A stretch of DNA of 64,000 bases from Acidimicrobiia bacterium (GTDB lineage: Bacteria; Actinomycetota; Acidimicrobiia; IMCC26256; JAMXLJ01): contig DASRES010000038.1 in NCBI GenBank assembly GCA_035651955.1, positions 767-64,766 of the forward strand, read 5' to 3'. The translations under genes were made by a program, and so were the position numbers. A model generated the notes under the pieces. That model was not told the DNA's origin and searched no databases. It saw nothing but the letters and a program-made list of their open reading frames with translations. Below are positions 26,130 to 34,319 of this stretch, in pieces; the first letter of the stretch is position 1; each line of letters starts with the position of its first letter.

Positions 26130-26913
26130 TGTAGCCGCGCCGCCGGAACACGGCGAGCATGTGCACGAGCAGGAACGTCGACGCGATCGCGAGCACGACC
26201 GCGCCGAACGCGCCCCAGCCCACCTGGCTCCACGGCAACGAGTGCCCGGCGACGACCTCGTGCGCGGCGGCGAACACGTGCGTCGTGGGAAGCGCGCGCG
26301 AGATGGGTTGGATGGCGCCCGGCAGCGCGCTGACCGGATAGAAGATCCCCGACAGCGGCATCACCATCGCGAGCAGGCCCCACGCGAGGATCTCCGCGCC
26401 CTGGCCGACCCGCAGGATCAGCGAGATCACGATCAGACCGACCGACCAGCCGACGACGAGCAGGATCGCGACCAGCGGCACGAGCGCCAACCCGAGGGTC
26501 GTCACGTCGAACGCGAACAGCGCCCACGCCGCGAGCGCGACGGTCCCGACACCGAGCGCGAGCTTGACCAGACCGAAGAGGACGACGCCGGCCACGTACT
26601 CGACCTCCGTCAGCGGTGTGACGAGGAGGTTGAGCAGGTTCCGCGACCACGTCTCCTCCATGAAGCCCGTCGAGAGGCTGATCTCGGCCTGGAACACGAC
26701 GTGGAACAGGAGGATGCCGGCGAGGAGGTACGCGACGCCGGCCGCCCCCGCGCTCGACTGGCGCGAGAAGTAGACGCCGAGCGAGCCGAAGAGCAGCGCG
26801 TCGACGACGGGCCAGAACACGACGTCGAACCAGCGTTGCGGCGCGCGTTGCAGCACGTAGGCGTGACGGCGCGCGACGGCGGACACGCGCAGCCATCGGG
26901 TCTTCGTGATCAC
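26113..26913 (-). CDS. ABC-2 type transporter permease
   Basis: Track ORF 26113..27954 trimmed to the GTG at 26913, which overlaps the upstream ATPase stop (GTGA). Six hydrophobic segments (…FDVVFWPVVDALLFGSLGVYF…LVPLVAILLVVGWSVGLIVISL…). Confidence 0.8.
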   Translation of the reverse strand: MITKTRWLRVSAVARRHAYVLQRAPQRWFDVVFWPVVDALLFGSLGVYFSRQSSAGAAGVAYLLAGILLFHVVFQAEISLSTGFMEETWSRNLLNLLVTPLTEVEYVAGVVLFGLVKLALGVGTVALAAWALFAFDVTTLGLALVPLVAILLVVGWSVGLIVISLILRVGQGAEILAWGLLAMVMPLSGIFYPVSALPGAIQPISRALPTTHVFAAAHEVVAGHSLPWSQVGWGAFGAVVLAIASTFLLVHMLAVFRRRGYISRHT

Positions 26914-27695
26914 GTCACCCGCTCCCGCTCCTCGGCAAGGTGCAGGAACACGCCCTCGAGGTCGTCGCGACCGAAGCTGGCCGCCACGGCGTCGGGCGTG
27001 CCGTCCGCGACGACGCGGCCGGACGAGATGAACACGACCCGTTCGCACAGCCGCGACACCTCGACCATGTCGTGACTCGTGACGAGCAACGCGGTGTGAT
27101 CGGCCGCGCACAGCTCGGCGAGCCCCGTGCGGACGCGCAGCGCGACGTCGGGGTCGAGCGACGCGGTCGGCTCGTCGAGGATCAGCAACCGCGGCCGGTG
27201 CAACGTGGCCTTGATGATCCCGATGAGGGTGCGCTGTCCCGACGACAGCTCGTTGCCCATCGCGGTCGCGAGGTGCGTCACGCCGAAGCGCTCGAGGCCC
27301 AGCGTGATCTGGGGCTCGGGATCGGCGATCCCGTAGAGCCGCCCGAACATGTGGAGGAACTCGCGCACTCGGAGCCGCTCGGGGAGCGGCAGGTAGCCCG
27401 CCGCGAACCCGACCCGCTCCGCGGCTCGGCTGCGCTCGCGTGGCAGCCGGTGACCGGCGATCTCCACGAAGCCGTCGTCGGGCGTGACGACGCCGAGCAG
27501 CATGAGCAGCGTCGTGGTCTTCCCGGCGCCGTTCGGTCCGAGCAGCGCGACGCGCTCGCCGACGCCGACGGTCAGGTCCACGCCGTCGACGGCCCGGACC
27601 CGCCGGTACTGCTTCGTGAGACCGCGGGCGCGCAGGACGACGGACTCGGCGCCACCGGGCGCGTGACCGTCCTGCACGCCGGAATGCTCGCTCAC
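26910..27695 (-). CDS. ABC transporter ATP-binding protein
   Basis: Track ORF 26910..28283 trimmed to the GTG at 27695. Walker A GPNGAGKTTT, signature LSSGQRTL, Walker B LILDEPTASLD. Confidence 0.85.
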   Translation of the reverse strand: MSEHSGVQDGHAPGGAESVVLRARGLTKQYRRVRAVDGVDLTVGVGERVALLGPNGAGKTTTLLMLLGVVTPDDGFVEIAGHRLPRERSRAAERVGFAAGYLPLPERLRVREFLHMFGRLYGIADPEPQITLGLERFGVTHLATAMGNELSSGQRTLIGIIKATLHRPRLLILDEPTASLDPDVALRVRTGLAELCAADHTALLVTSHDMVEVSRLCERVVFISSGRVVADGTPDAVAASFGRDDLEGVFLHLAEERERVT

Positions 27696-27971
27696 CTGCG
27701 GAGTGTCGCAGACGGCGTGCACGGGACGGAACCGATTTCGTGCGCGACACGCCGGCGACGCCGGGTGCCGCGTCGCGGCTGGGGTAACGTCTCGGGCTTC
27801 GAGCGTCGTCGCCAGGCGGGCGCGGGTTGGCGGGGGATGCTCTCGGTGACAAGCCTCGCGGTGAGAAGCCTCTCGTTGAGACTCGAGGAGAGCCGACGTG
27901 ATCGCAACCTGCGCCCGATCCCGCGGCGTGCGGCCGCGGATGCGTGGCGAGCACCCCGCGGAGTTCGCACC

Positions 27972-28328
27972 GTGAGGGCGCCCGACGTCCGGACGGAGCA
28001 CCGGGGCTCGACGCTCCTCGCGACGCTCTCGGGTGACGTCGACCTGTCCAACGTGGCGACGGTGCGCGCCCGCCTGGTCGCGGCGCTCGGCGACGACGTC
28101 GACTCGCTCGTGCTCGATCTGACCGGCGCCGGCTACATCGACAGCACGGGCGTGCGGCTGCTGTTCGACATGGCCGAGCGGTTCGCCCGGAGTGGCGAGC
28201 GAGTCCGCGCCGTCATCCCCTCCGACGCGCTCGTGCGGCGCGTCGCGTCGCTCACGAACCTCGACCAGGTCGTCGACATCCACGAGACCGTCGACGCGGC
28301 GCTCGCGTCCCTCAATTCACGATCTTGA
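27972..28328 (+). CDS. STAS-domain anti-sigma-factor antagonist (RsbV/SpoIIAA-like)
   Basis: Distal part of track ORF 26940..28328, with LVLDLTGAGYIDSTGVRLLF (conserved phosphorylatable Ser context DST G). Start uncertain: GTG 27972 gives 118 aa; ATG 27837 is the alternative. Confidence 0.7.
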   Translation: MRAPDVRTEHRGSTLLATLSGDVDLSNVATVRARLVAALGDDVDSLVLDLTGAGYIDSTGVRLLFDMAERFARSGERVRAVIPSDALVRRVASLTNLDQVVDIHETVDAALASLNSRS

Positions 28329-28647
28329 AGACGGTGCGCAGGCTGGTGATCTCGAGCAGCTCGCTGCACTGACGGGTCGGCGACGCGAGGACGAACTCGG
28401 TGCCGGCCGCCTCCGCCGCGTTGTGCCCGTGGACGAGCGTCGCGAGGCCGGCGGAGTCGACGAAGTCGAGCTCGGCGAGGTCCACGACGAGCCGGTCGGG
28501 GCCGTGCGCCAGGATCGCCTCGATCTCCTCCGCGAGCGTCGACGCGCCCACGACGTCGAGCTCGCCGGCGAGCTCCAACACGACGTCCCGCTCGCCGCGC
28601 GCGGACATCGTGAACGCCGCCGCGTCGGGATCCATGACGGTCAGCAT
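28312..28647 (-). CDS. STAS-domain anti-sigma-factor antagonist (RsbV/SpoIIAA-like)
   Basis: Track ORF 28312..28695 trimmed to ATG 28647 (MLTVMDPDAAAF…). It has LVVDLAELDFVDSAGLATLV with the conserved Ser. Its 3' end overlaps the convergent STAS gene by 17 nt. Confidence 0.75.
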   Translation of the reverse strand: MLTVMDPDAAAFTMSARGERDVVLELAGELDVVGASTLAEEIEAILAHGPDRLVVDLAELDFVDSAGLATLVHGHNAAEAAGTEFVLASPTRQCSELLEITSLRTVFKIVN

Positions 28648-28709
28648 GCCATGAGGGCCGCTCCGCGGAACGTGCGCGCCACCTGACCTGCACAACTAGC
28701 GTTCCCGCC

Positions 28710-30254
28710 GTGCGTGAGGCCCGGCGGTTCCCCGAGTGCGCGGTCGCGTCGCCGCACTATCTCGCGTCGGCGGCCGGGCTCGCAGCGTTCGCGCGCGGCG
28801 GCAACGCGATGGACGCGGTGCTCGCCGCCAACCTCGCGCTCGGCGTCGTCGCGCCGTACTTCTGCGGCTACGGCGGCGACGTGTTCGCGATCGTGTGGGA
28901 CGGCCGCGTCCACGGGTACCTCGGCAGCGGCCGCTCCGCGAGCGCGACGTCGATCGACCACGTCCGCGCGGCGACGGGCGGAACCGACATGCCGTGGATC
29001 GGTCCGCACACGGTCACCGTCCCCGGCGCGATCGCGGGCTGGTTCGAGCTGCTCGAGCGCTGGGGCACGCGATCGTTCGGCGACGTCGCGACGGACGCGC
29101 TGCGGCTCGCGCGCGACGGGTTCTCGGTGACCGCCAAGGCGTCCGAGCTCTTCGAGGGGTCGCGCGCGCTCTACACGGAGTACCCGGACTGGCAGGCCGT
29201 GTACGGCGACGCGCGCGCAGACGTCGTGCTGCGCCAACCCGCGCTCGCCCGGACGATCGAGGCGCTCGCCGAGCACGGGCCCGACGCCTACTACCGCGGT
29301 CCGATCGCCGACGCGATCGAGGACGCCGTGCACCGGGCCGGCGGTGCGCTCACCGCGCGCGACCTCGCCGCGCACGCGGGGGAGTGGACCGAGGCGTTGC
29401 GCGCGGCGTACCGCGACGTCGAGGTGTGCGAGCTCCCACCCCCGACGCAAGGTGTGACCGCGCTCGAGATCCTGCGCGTGCTCGACGGGTTCACGCTCCC
29501 TGCCGACGGCGTGGAGCGCCAGCACCTGTTGATCGAGGCGTGCAAGGCGGCGCTCGCCGACCGTGAGGAGTTCGTCACCGACCCGCAGTGGATGACGCGC
29601 GCACCCGAGTCGCTTCTCGACGACGCGTGGATCGCGTCGCGCCGTGACGCCATCGACATGGAGCGCGCGCACGTGCCCGCGTCGGCGCACGCCCAGCGCG
29701 GCGGGACGGCGTACCTCTGCGCGGCCGACCGCGACGGATTGATGGTGAGCCTCATCCAGTCGAACTTCCTGGCGTTCGGGTCCGGCATCCACGTCTCCGA
29801 GTGGGGCATCAACCTCAACAACCGCGGATCGTCGTTCACGCTCGACGACGCGCACGCCAACGCGCTCGCGCCGTCCAAGCGGCCGATGCACACGCTCATC
29901 CCGGCGCTCGCGCTGCGAGAGAGCGAGCCGTGGCTCGTGTTCGGCTCGATGGGCGGCGACGCGCAGGCGCAGGTGCACGCGCAGCTCCTCGCGCACGTCG
30001 TCGACGACGGTGCCGACGTGCAGTGCGCGCTCGACGCGCCCCGCTGGCAGGTCGACCCCGTGCGCTGGCACGTGCTCGCCGAGACCGGGTTCGCGGACGA
30101 CGTGTTGCGCGGCCTCGAGACCCGCGGGCACGCCGTCGACCGCACGAAGGCGCTCGACTCGCGGATGGGGCACGCACACGCGATCGCGCCGACGGCCGGC
30201 GGCTACGCCGTCGGGACCGATCCGCGCGCCGAGGGCGCCGCGCTCGGCCTGTAG
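28710..30254 (+). CDS. ggt: Gamma-glutamyltransferase family protein (no obvious signal peptide)
   Basis: Track ORF 28710..30254. GGT-family blocks: NAMDAVLAANLALGVVAPYFCGYGGD, the TAYLCAADRDG autoprocessing/nucleophile Thr region, and SMGGDAQAQ. Confidence 0.8.
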   Translation: MREARRFPECAVASPHYLASAAGLAAFARGGNAMDAVLAANLALGVVAPYFCGYGGDVFAIVWDGRVHGYLGSGRSASATSIDHVRAATGGTDMPWIGPHTVTVPGAIAGWFELLERWGTRSFGDVATDALRLARDGFSVTAKASELFEGSRALYTEYPDWQAVYGDARADVVLRQPALARTIEALAEHGPDAYYRGPIADAIEDAVHRAGGALTARDLAAHAGEWTEALRAAYRDVEVCELPPPTQGVTALEILRVLDGFTLPADGVERQHLLIEACKAALADREEFVTDPQWMTRAPESLLDDAWIASRRDAIDMERAHVPASAHAQRGGTAYLCAADRDGLMVSLIQSNFLAFGSGIHVSEWGINLNNRGSSFTLDDAHANALAPSKRPMHTLIPALALRESEPWLVFGSMGGDAQAQVHAQLLAHVVDDGADVQCALDAPRWQVDPVRWHVLAETGFADDVLRGLETRGHAVDRTKALDSRMGHAHAIAPTAGGYAVGTDPRAEGAALGL

Positions 30255-30283
30255 CAGCGCGGCCCGCAGGTACGATCGTCGTG

Positions 30284-31171
30284 ATGATCTCGACCGTCGA
30301 CGACGTGACGCGCGGGCTCGAGGCGAACCGCTACCTGGCCGACGAAGGGCTCGCGACGGCGGTGTTCCTCGCCATGACGCTCCCGCGACCCCTGCTGCTG
30401 GAGGGCGACGCCGGCGTCGGCAAGACCGAGGTCGCGAAGGCGATCGCACGCTGGACGGGCGGCCGGCTGCTGCGCCTGCAGTGCTACGAGGGGATCGACG
30501 TCGCGCAGGCCGTCTACGAGTGGGACTACGCGCGCCAGCTGCTGCACCTGCGGGCGATGGAGGCGGGCGGCCACGAGGTCGTCGAGGACGAGGTGTACTC
30601 CGAGCGGTTCCTCGTGCGGCGTCCGCTGCTGCAGGCGATCGACCACCACGGCGACGTCCCACCCGTGCTGCTCGTCGACGAGGTCGACCGCGCCGACGAC
30701 GAGTTCGAGGCGTTCCTGCTCGAGATCCTGTCGGACTTCGAGGTGACGGTCCCCGAGCTCGGCACGTTCCGCACCGACATCCCCCCGATCGTCGTGCTGA
30801 CGTCGAACCGGACGCGCGACGTGCACGACGCGTTGAAGCGACGGTGCCTCTATCACTGGATCGCGCACCCGAGCTTCGAGCGGGAGCTCGCGATCCTCCG
30901 GGTGCGCGCGCCCGGGGTGCCGGAGCAGCTCGCCGCGCAGGTGGCGGCGGCGGTCGCGGTGTTGCGTGACCTCGAGCTGTACAAGCCGCCCGGTGTCGCG
31001 GAGACGATCGACTGGGCGGAAGCTCTTGCCGCGCTCGGCCATCGGGTCCTCGACGAGGAGGCCGTGCGCACCACCCTCGGGACGATCCTGAAGTACCGGG
31101 AGGACCAGGAGCGCGTCGCCGAGCACGGGCTCCCCGCGATCCTCCAGGCGGCCGCCGCGCAGCATGGCTGA
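30284..31171 (+). CDS. MoxR-like AAA+ ATPase (CoxD-like)
   Basis: Distal part of track ORF 29801..31171, ATG 30284. Walker A LLEGDAGVGKTEVAKA, Walker B VLLVDEVDRADDE, plus SNRTRDVHDALKRRC. Confidence 0.85.
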   Translation: MISTVDDVTRGLEANRYLADEGLATAVFLAMTLPRPLLLEGDAGVGKTEVAKAIARWTGGRLLRLQCYEGIDVAQAVYEWDYARQLLHLRAMEAGGHEVVEDEVYSERFLVRRPLLQAIDHHGDVPPVLLVDEVDRADDEFEAFLLEILSDFEVTVPELGTFRTDIPPIVVLTSNRTRDVHDALKRRCLYHWIAHPSFERELAILRVRAPGVPEQLAAQVAAAVAVLRDLELYKPPGVAETIDWAEALAALGHRVLDEEAVRTTLGTILKYREDQERVAEHGLPAILQAAAAQHG

Positions 31172-32291
31172 GCCGAGCGCGGATCGCGCCGTCGTCGCGT
31201 TCTCGCGTCTGCTGCGCGCGGAAGGCCTGGACGTCGCGGTCGGTGCGACGGTGACGTTCGCGGAGGCCGCCGCGCGCGTCGGGTTCGCGTCGCGCGAGCG
31301 GCTGTACTGGGCGGCGCGCGCAACGCTCGTCCACCGCCCGGAGGACGTCGGTGCGTTCGACGCCGCCTTCGACGCGTTCTGGGCCGGTCGGGGCGCGCGT
31401 GCCGGCAGCGCGCCCGTGGAACGGGTCTCCCTGACGCTCGCGCACGACGCGCCCGACGACGGGTCCGCCCCTGACGGCGCGACGGTCGACCACGACGAGC
31501 CCGACGGGCCCCTGCTGAGCGTCCGGTGGAGCCGCGCGGAGGTGCTCCGTCATCGCGACTTCGCCGCGTACACACCCGAGGAGCACGCCGAGGCGCGGCG
31601 CCTGATGAGCGACCTGCGCCTGGCCGGCGCGCTCCGCCGGTCGCGCCGGCTGCGTCCGACGTCGCGGGCGCGCGGGCGTCCGGACGTGCGCCGCACCGTG
31701 CGCCGCGCGCTGCGGACGGGCGGCGAGCCGCTCCGGCGGTCGTTCACCGAACCGGGCGAGCGGCCCCGGCGGATCGTGCTGCTGTGCGACGTCAGCGGGT
31801 CGATGGAGCCGTACGCGCGGTCGTTGGTGCGCTTCCTCCACGCCGCGGTCGTTGGCCGCACGCGCGTCGAGGCGTTCGCGCTCGGCACCCGTCTGACGCG
31901 CGTGACGCGGGAGCTGTCGTCGCACGATGCCGACGCCGCGATCGCGGCGGCGGCGCGTCGCGTCGTCGACTGGTCGGGCGGGACGCGGCTCGGCGACGGG
32001 TTGCGCGAGTTCAACGACCGCTGGGGTGTCGCCGGCATGGCGCGCGGCGCGGTCGTCGTCGTGCTCTCCGACGGGTGGGACCGGGGCGACCCCGACGTGC
32101 TCGCCGAGCAGATGGCGCGGCTCGCGCGCGTCGCGCACCGCGTCGTGTGGGTGAACCCGTTGAAGGCGACGCCCGGGTATGCGCCGCTCGCGCGGGGGAT
32201 GGCAGCCGCGCTCCCGTACGTCGACGAGTTCGTCGAGGGCCACTCGCTCGCGTCGCTGGAAGCTCTGGCGAAGGTGGTGACGAGACGATGA
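31164..32291 (+). CDS. VWA domain-containing CoxE-like protein
   Basis: Track ORF 31164..32291. It overlaps the MoxR gene by 8 nt. The C-terminal VWA has the MIDAS-like LLCDVSGSM. Confidence 0.8.
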   Translation: MAEPSADRAVVAFSRLLRAEGLDVAVGATVTFAEAAARVGFASRERLYWAARATLVHRPEDVGAFDAAFDAFWAGRGARAGSAPVERVSLTLAHDAPDDGSAPDGATVDHDEPDGPLLSVRWSRAEVLRHRDFAAYTPEEHAEARRLMSDLRLAGALRRSRRLRPTSRARGRPDVRRTVRRALRTGGEPLRRSFTEPGERPRRIVLLCDVSGSMEPYARSLVRFLHAAVVGRTRVEAFALGTRLTRVTRELSSHDADAAIAAAARRVVDWSGGTRLGDGLREFNDRWGVAGMARGAVVVVLSDGWDRGDPDVLAEQMARLARVAHRVVWVNPLKATPGYAPLARGMAAALPYVDEFVEGHSLASLEALAKVVTRR

Positions 32292-32605
32292 AGGAAGTGC
32301 TCGACGACATCGAACGGTGGCGCGCGGCCGGACGGCGTGTCGCGGTCGCGCGCGTCGTCGGGGTGGAGGGCTCGGGCCCGCGCGATCCCGGTGCGACGAT
32401 GGTGGTGAGCGAGGACGGCGAGGTCGCGGGGTCCGTCTCGGGCGGATGCGTCGAGGGTGCGGTCGTGCAGGAGGCGCTCGCGGTCCTCGCCGGCGAGAAG
32501 CCGCGGGGCGTCGTGACGTTCGGGTACTCCGACGACGAGGCGTTCGCGGTCGGCCTGACGTGCGGCGGCACGGTGCACGTGTTCGTCGAGCCGCTCGACT
32601 GGTAG
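32288..32605 (+). CDS. XdhC/CoxI-family N-terminal-domain-only protein (105 aa)
   Basis: Distal part of track ORF 31526..32605. ATG 32288 overlaps the VWA stop (ATGA). Sequence: RVAVARVVGVEGSGPRDPGATMVVSEDGEVAGSVSGGCVEGAV. Confidence 0.75.
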   Translation: MKEVLDDIERWRAAGRRVAVARVVGVEGSGPRDPGATMVVSEDGEVAGSVSGGCVEGAVVQEALAVLAGEKPRGVVTFGYSDDEAFAVGLTCGGTVHVFVEPLDW

Positions 32606-32608
32606 CCG

Positions 32609-33388
32609 GTGTCGATCTACGAGGAGCTGCGCGACGCCATCCGGGCCGAGGAGCCGGTCGCGCTCGTGACCGTCGTCGAGGGGCCCGAACCCGGGGCGAA
32701 GCTGCTCGTCGGCCCCCAGCGTGCGGTGTCGGGGACGCTCGGCGACCCGGACCTCGACCGTGTGGTCGCGCGCGACGCGCTCGGTGAGCTCGCGGCCGGG
32801 CTCACGTCGACGCGGCACTACGGGCGGCACGGCGAGGCGCGCGAGCGGGACGTGTCCGTGTTCGTCGAGTCGTTCGCGCCCCCACCGCGCATGATCATCT
32901 TCGGCGCGGTCGACTTCACGGCGGCGCTCGCGAAGGCCGGCAAGCTCCTCGGCTACCGCGTCACGGTCTGCGACGCGCGCGCCGTGTTCGCGACACGTCA
33001 GCGGTTCCCGATGGCCGACGAGGTCGTGAACGACTGGCCGGACCGGTACCTCGCGAAGGTGGGGGAGGACCTCGGCCCACGCGACGCCGTGTGCGTCCTG
33101 ACCCACGACACGAAGTTCGACGTGCCCGCGATCGTGGCCGCGCTCGCGACCGACGTCGGATACCTGGGCGCGATGGGCTCCCGGCGCACGCACGAGAAGC
33201 GGGTCGCGCGACTGCACGAAGCGGGTGTCGACGACGAGGGACTGGCGCGCATCCACGCGCCGATCGGCGTCGACATCGGTGCCCGCACCCCCGAGGAGAC
33301 CGCGATGTCGATCTGCGCGGAGATCATCGCGACGCGTACGGGGCGAACGGTCCCGTCGCTCCGGGACCGCACCGGCCCGATTCATTGA
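32609..33388 (+). CDS. XdhC family molybdenum-hydroxylase accessory protein (N-domain plus Rossmann-like C-domain)
   Basis: Track ORF 32609..33388, with PVALVTVVEGPEPGAKLLV…MIIFGAVDFTAALAKAGKLLGYRVTVCDAR…LTHDTKFD. Confidence 0.8.
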   Translation: MSIYEELRDAIRAEEPVALVTVVEGPEPGAKLLVGPQRAVSGTLGDPDLDRVVARDALGELAAGLTSTRHYGRHGEARERDVSVFVESFAPPPRMIIFGAVDFTAALAKAGKLLGYRVTVCDARAVFATRQRFPMADEVVNDWPDRYLAKVGEDLGPRDAVCVLTHDTKFDVPAIVAALATDVGYLGAMGSRRTHEKRVARLHEAGVDDEGLARIHAPIGVDIGARTPEETAMSICAEIIATRTGRTVPSLRDRTGPIH

Positions 33389-33398
33389 CAACCGGTCC

Positions 33399-33447
33399 GT
33401 TCTGTGAAGCGTCAAGCACACACTGTGTGGCTGACGCTTCACAGAAC
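33399..33447. terminator. 49-nt near-perfect palindrome (16-bp perfect outer stem GTTCTGTGAAGCGTCA/TGACGCTTCACAGAAC plus inner CACACA/TGTGTG)
   Basis: Read directly. It lies between the xdhC stop (33388) and the SDR start (33471) and is noticeably less GC-rich than its surroundings. A terminator is the simplest reading; an operator is the alternative. Confidence 0.5.
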
Positions 33448-33470
33448 GCTCGGGGAAGGAGCACGAACGC

Positions 33471-34214
33471 ATGAACCTCGGGATCGCAGGTCGTAGGGCC
33501 GCGGTCGCGGCGGCGTCGTCGGGGCTCGGTCTCGCGGTGGCACGCGCCCTGGCGGAGGAAGGCGTGGCGGTCGCGATGTGCAGCCGCACGCGCGAGCGGA
33601 TCGAGCAGGCCGCGCGCGACGTCGGCCACGACGCGATCCCGATCGTCGCCGACGTCGCGCACGCCGACGGCGCGCGTGGGTTCGTGCGCGACGCCCGCGA
33701 CGCGCTCGGCGGGGTCGACATCCTCGTCACGAACGCGGGCGGTCCGCCCCCGGGTGACTTCTCGTCGGTCGCGCTCGACCAGTACGAGCCCGCGTTCGAG
33801 CTCAACTGCCTCTCGACGATCGCGATGTGCACGGAGGCCGTGCCCGGGATGCGTCAGCGCGGCTGGGGACGGGTCGTCGCGATCACCTCGATCGCGGTGC
33901 GGCAGCCCATCGCGAACCTCATCCTGTCGAACACGGCGCGTGCGGGCGTCACCGGCTTCCTGAAGACGCTCGCGCGCGAGGTCGCGTCCGAGGGTGTCAC
34001 CGTGAACTCGCTCCAACCCGGGTTCCACGCGACCGATCGGGTCACGTCGCTGCACGACGACCCGTCGCGCCTCGCGGACGGCGTGCCCGCCGGCGAGATC
34101 GGACGTCCCGAGGACCTCGCGGCCGTCGCCACGTTCCTCTGCTCGGAGTCCGCCCGCTACGTGACGGGCGCGGCGATCCCCGTGGACGGCGGCGCCTACG
34201 CAGGCCTGCTCTGA
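33471..34214 (+). CDS. Short-chain dehydrogenase/reductase (SDR) family oxidoreductase
   Basis: Track ORF 33471..34214. Cofactor-binding AAASSGLGLAVARAL, NAG motif (VTNAGGP), S…Y-type active-site region. Confidence 0.85.
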   Translation: MNLGIAGRRAAVAAASSGLGLAVARALAEEGVAVAMCSRTRERIEQAARDVGHDAIPIVADVAHADGARGFVRDARDALGGVDILVTNAGGPPPGDFSSVALDQYEPAFELNCLSTIAMCTEAVPGMRQRGWGRVVAITSIAVRQPIANLILSNTARAGVTGFLKTLAREVASEGVTVNSLQPGFHATDRVTSLHDDPSRLADGVPAGEIGRPEDLAAVATFLCSESARYVTGAAIPVDGGAYAGLL

Positions 34215-34229
34215 CGCCCCCAACGGCCG

Positions 34230-34273
34230 GTTGGTACACAAGTCGCGGTCAGGGGCGCGACTTGTGTACCAAC
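34230..34273. terminator. Perfect 18-bp stem hairpin GTTGGTACACAAGTCGCG-gtcagggg-CGCGACTTGTGTACCAAC
   Basis: Read directly, 16 nt after the SDR stop. It is followed by a T-containing stretch (GCGGGTTCTGTGTGT). Confidence 0.55.
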
Positions 34274-34319
34274 GCGGGTTCTGTGTGTCCGCGCTCGGCG
34301 TCGCTCTAAGGTCGCCGGT

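Noticed and set aside
32288-33388. XdhC gene disrupted by a frameshift (pseudogene), because two adjacent XdhC-like ORFs are separated by only 3 nt.
   Set aside because: The second ORF has its own complete N-terminal XdhC/CoxI domain (PVALVTVVEGPEPGAKLLV…) in addition to the Rossmann-like domain. The 105-aa ORF is therefore an independent N-domain-only paralogue, not the severed head of the second gene.
33385-33413. Consensus TTGACA at 33385-33390 as the -35 element of an SDR promoter.
   Set aside because: No TANNNT or TATAAT-like hexamer lies 16-19 nt downstream (the positions read AAGCGT/AGCGTC). The hexamer overlaps the xdhC stop codon and may be fortuitous.
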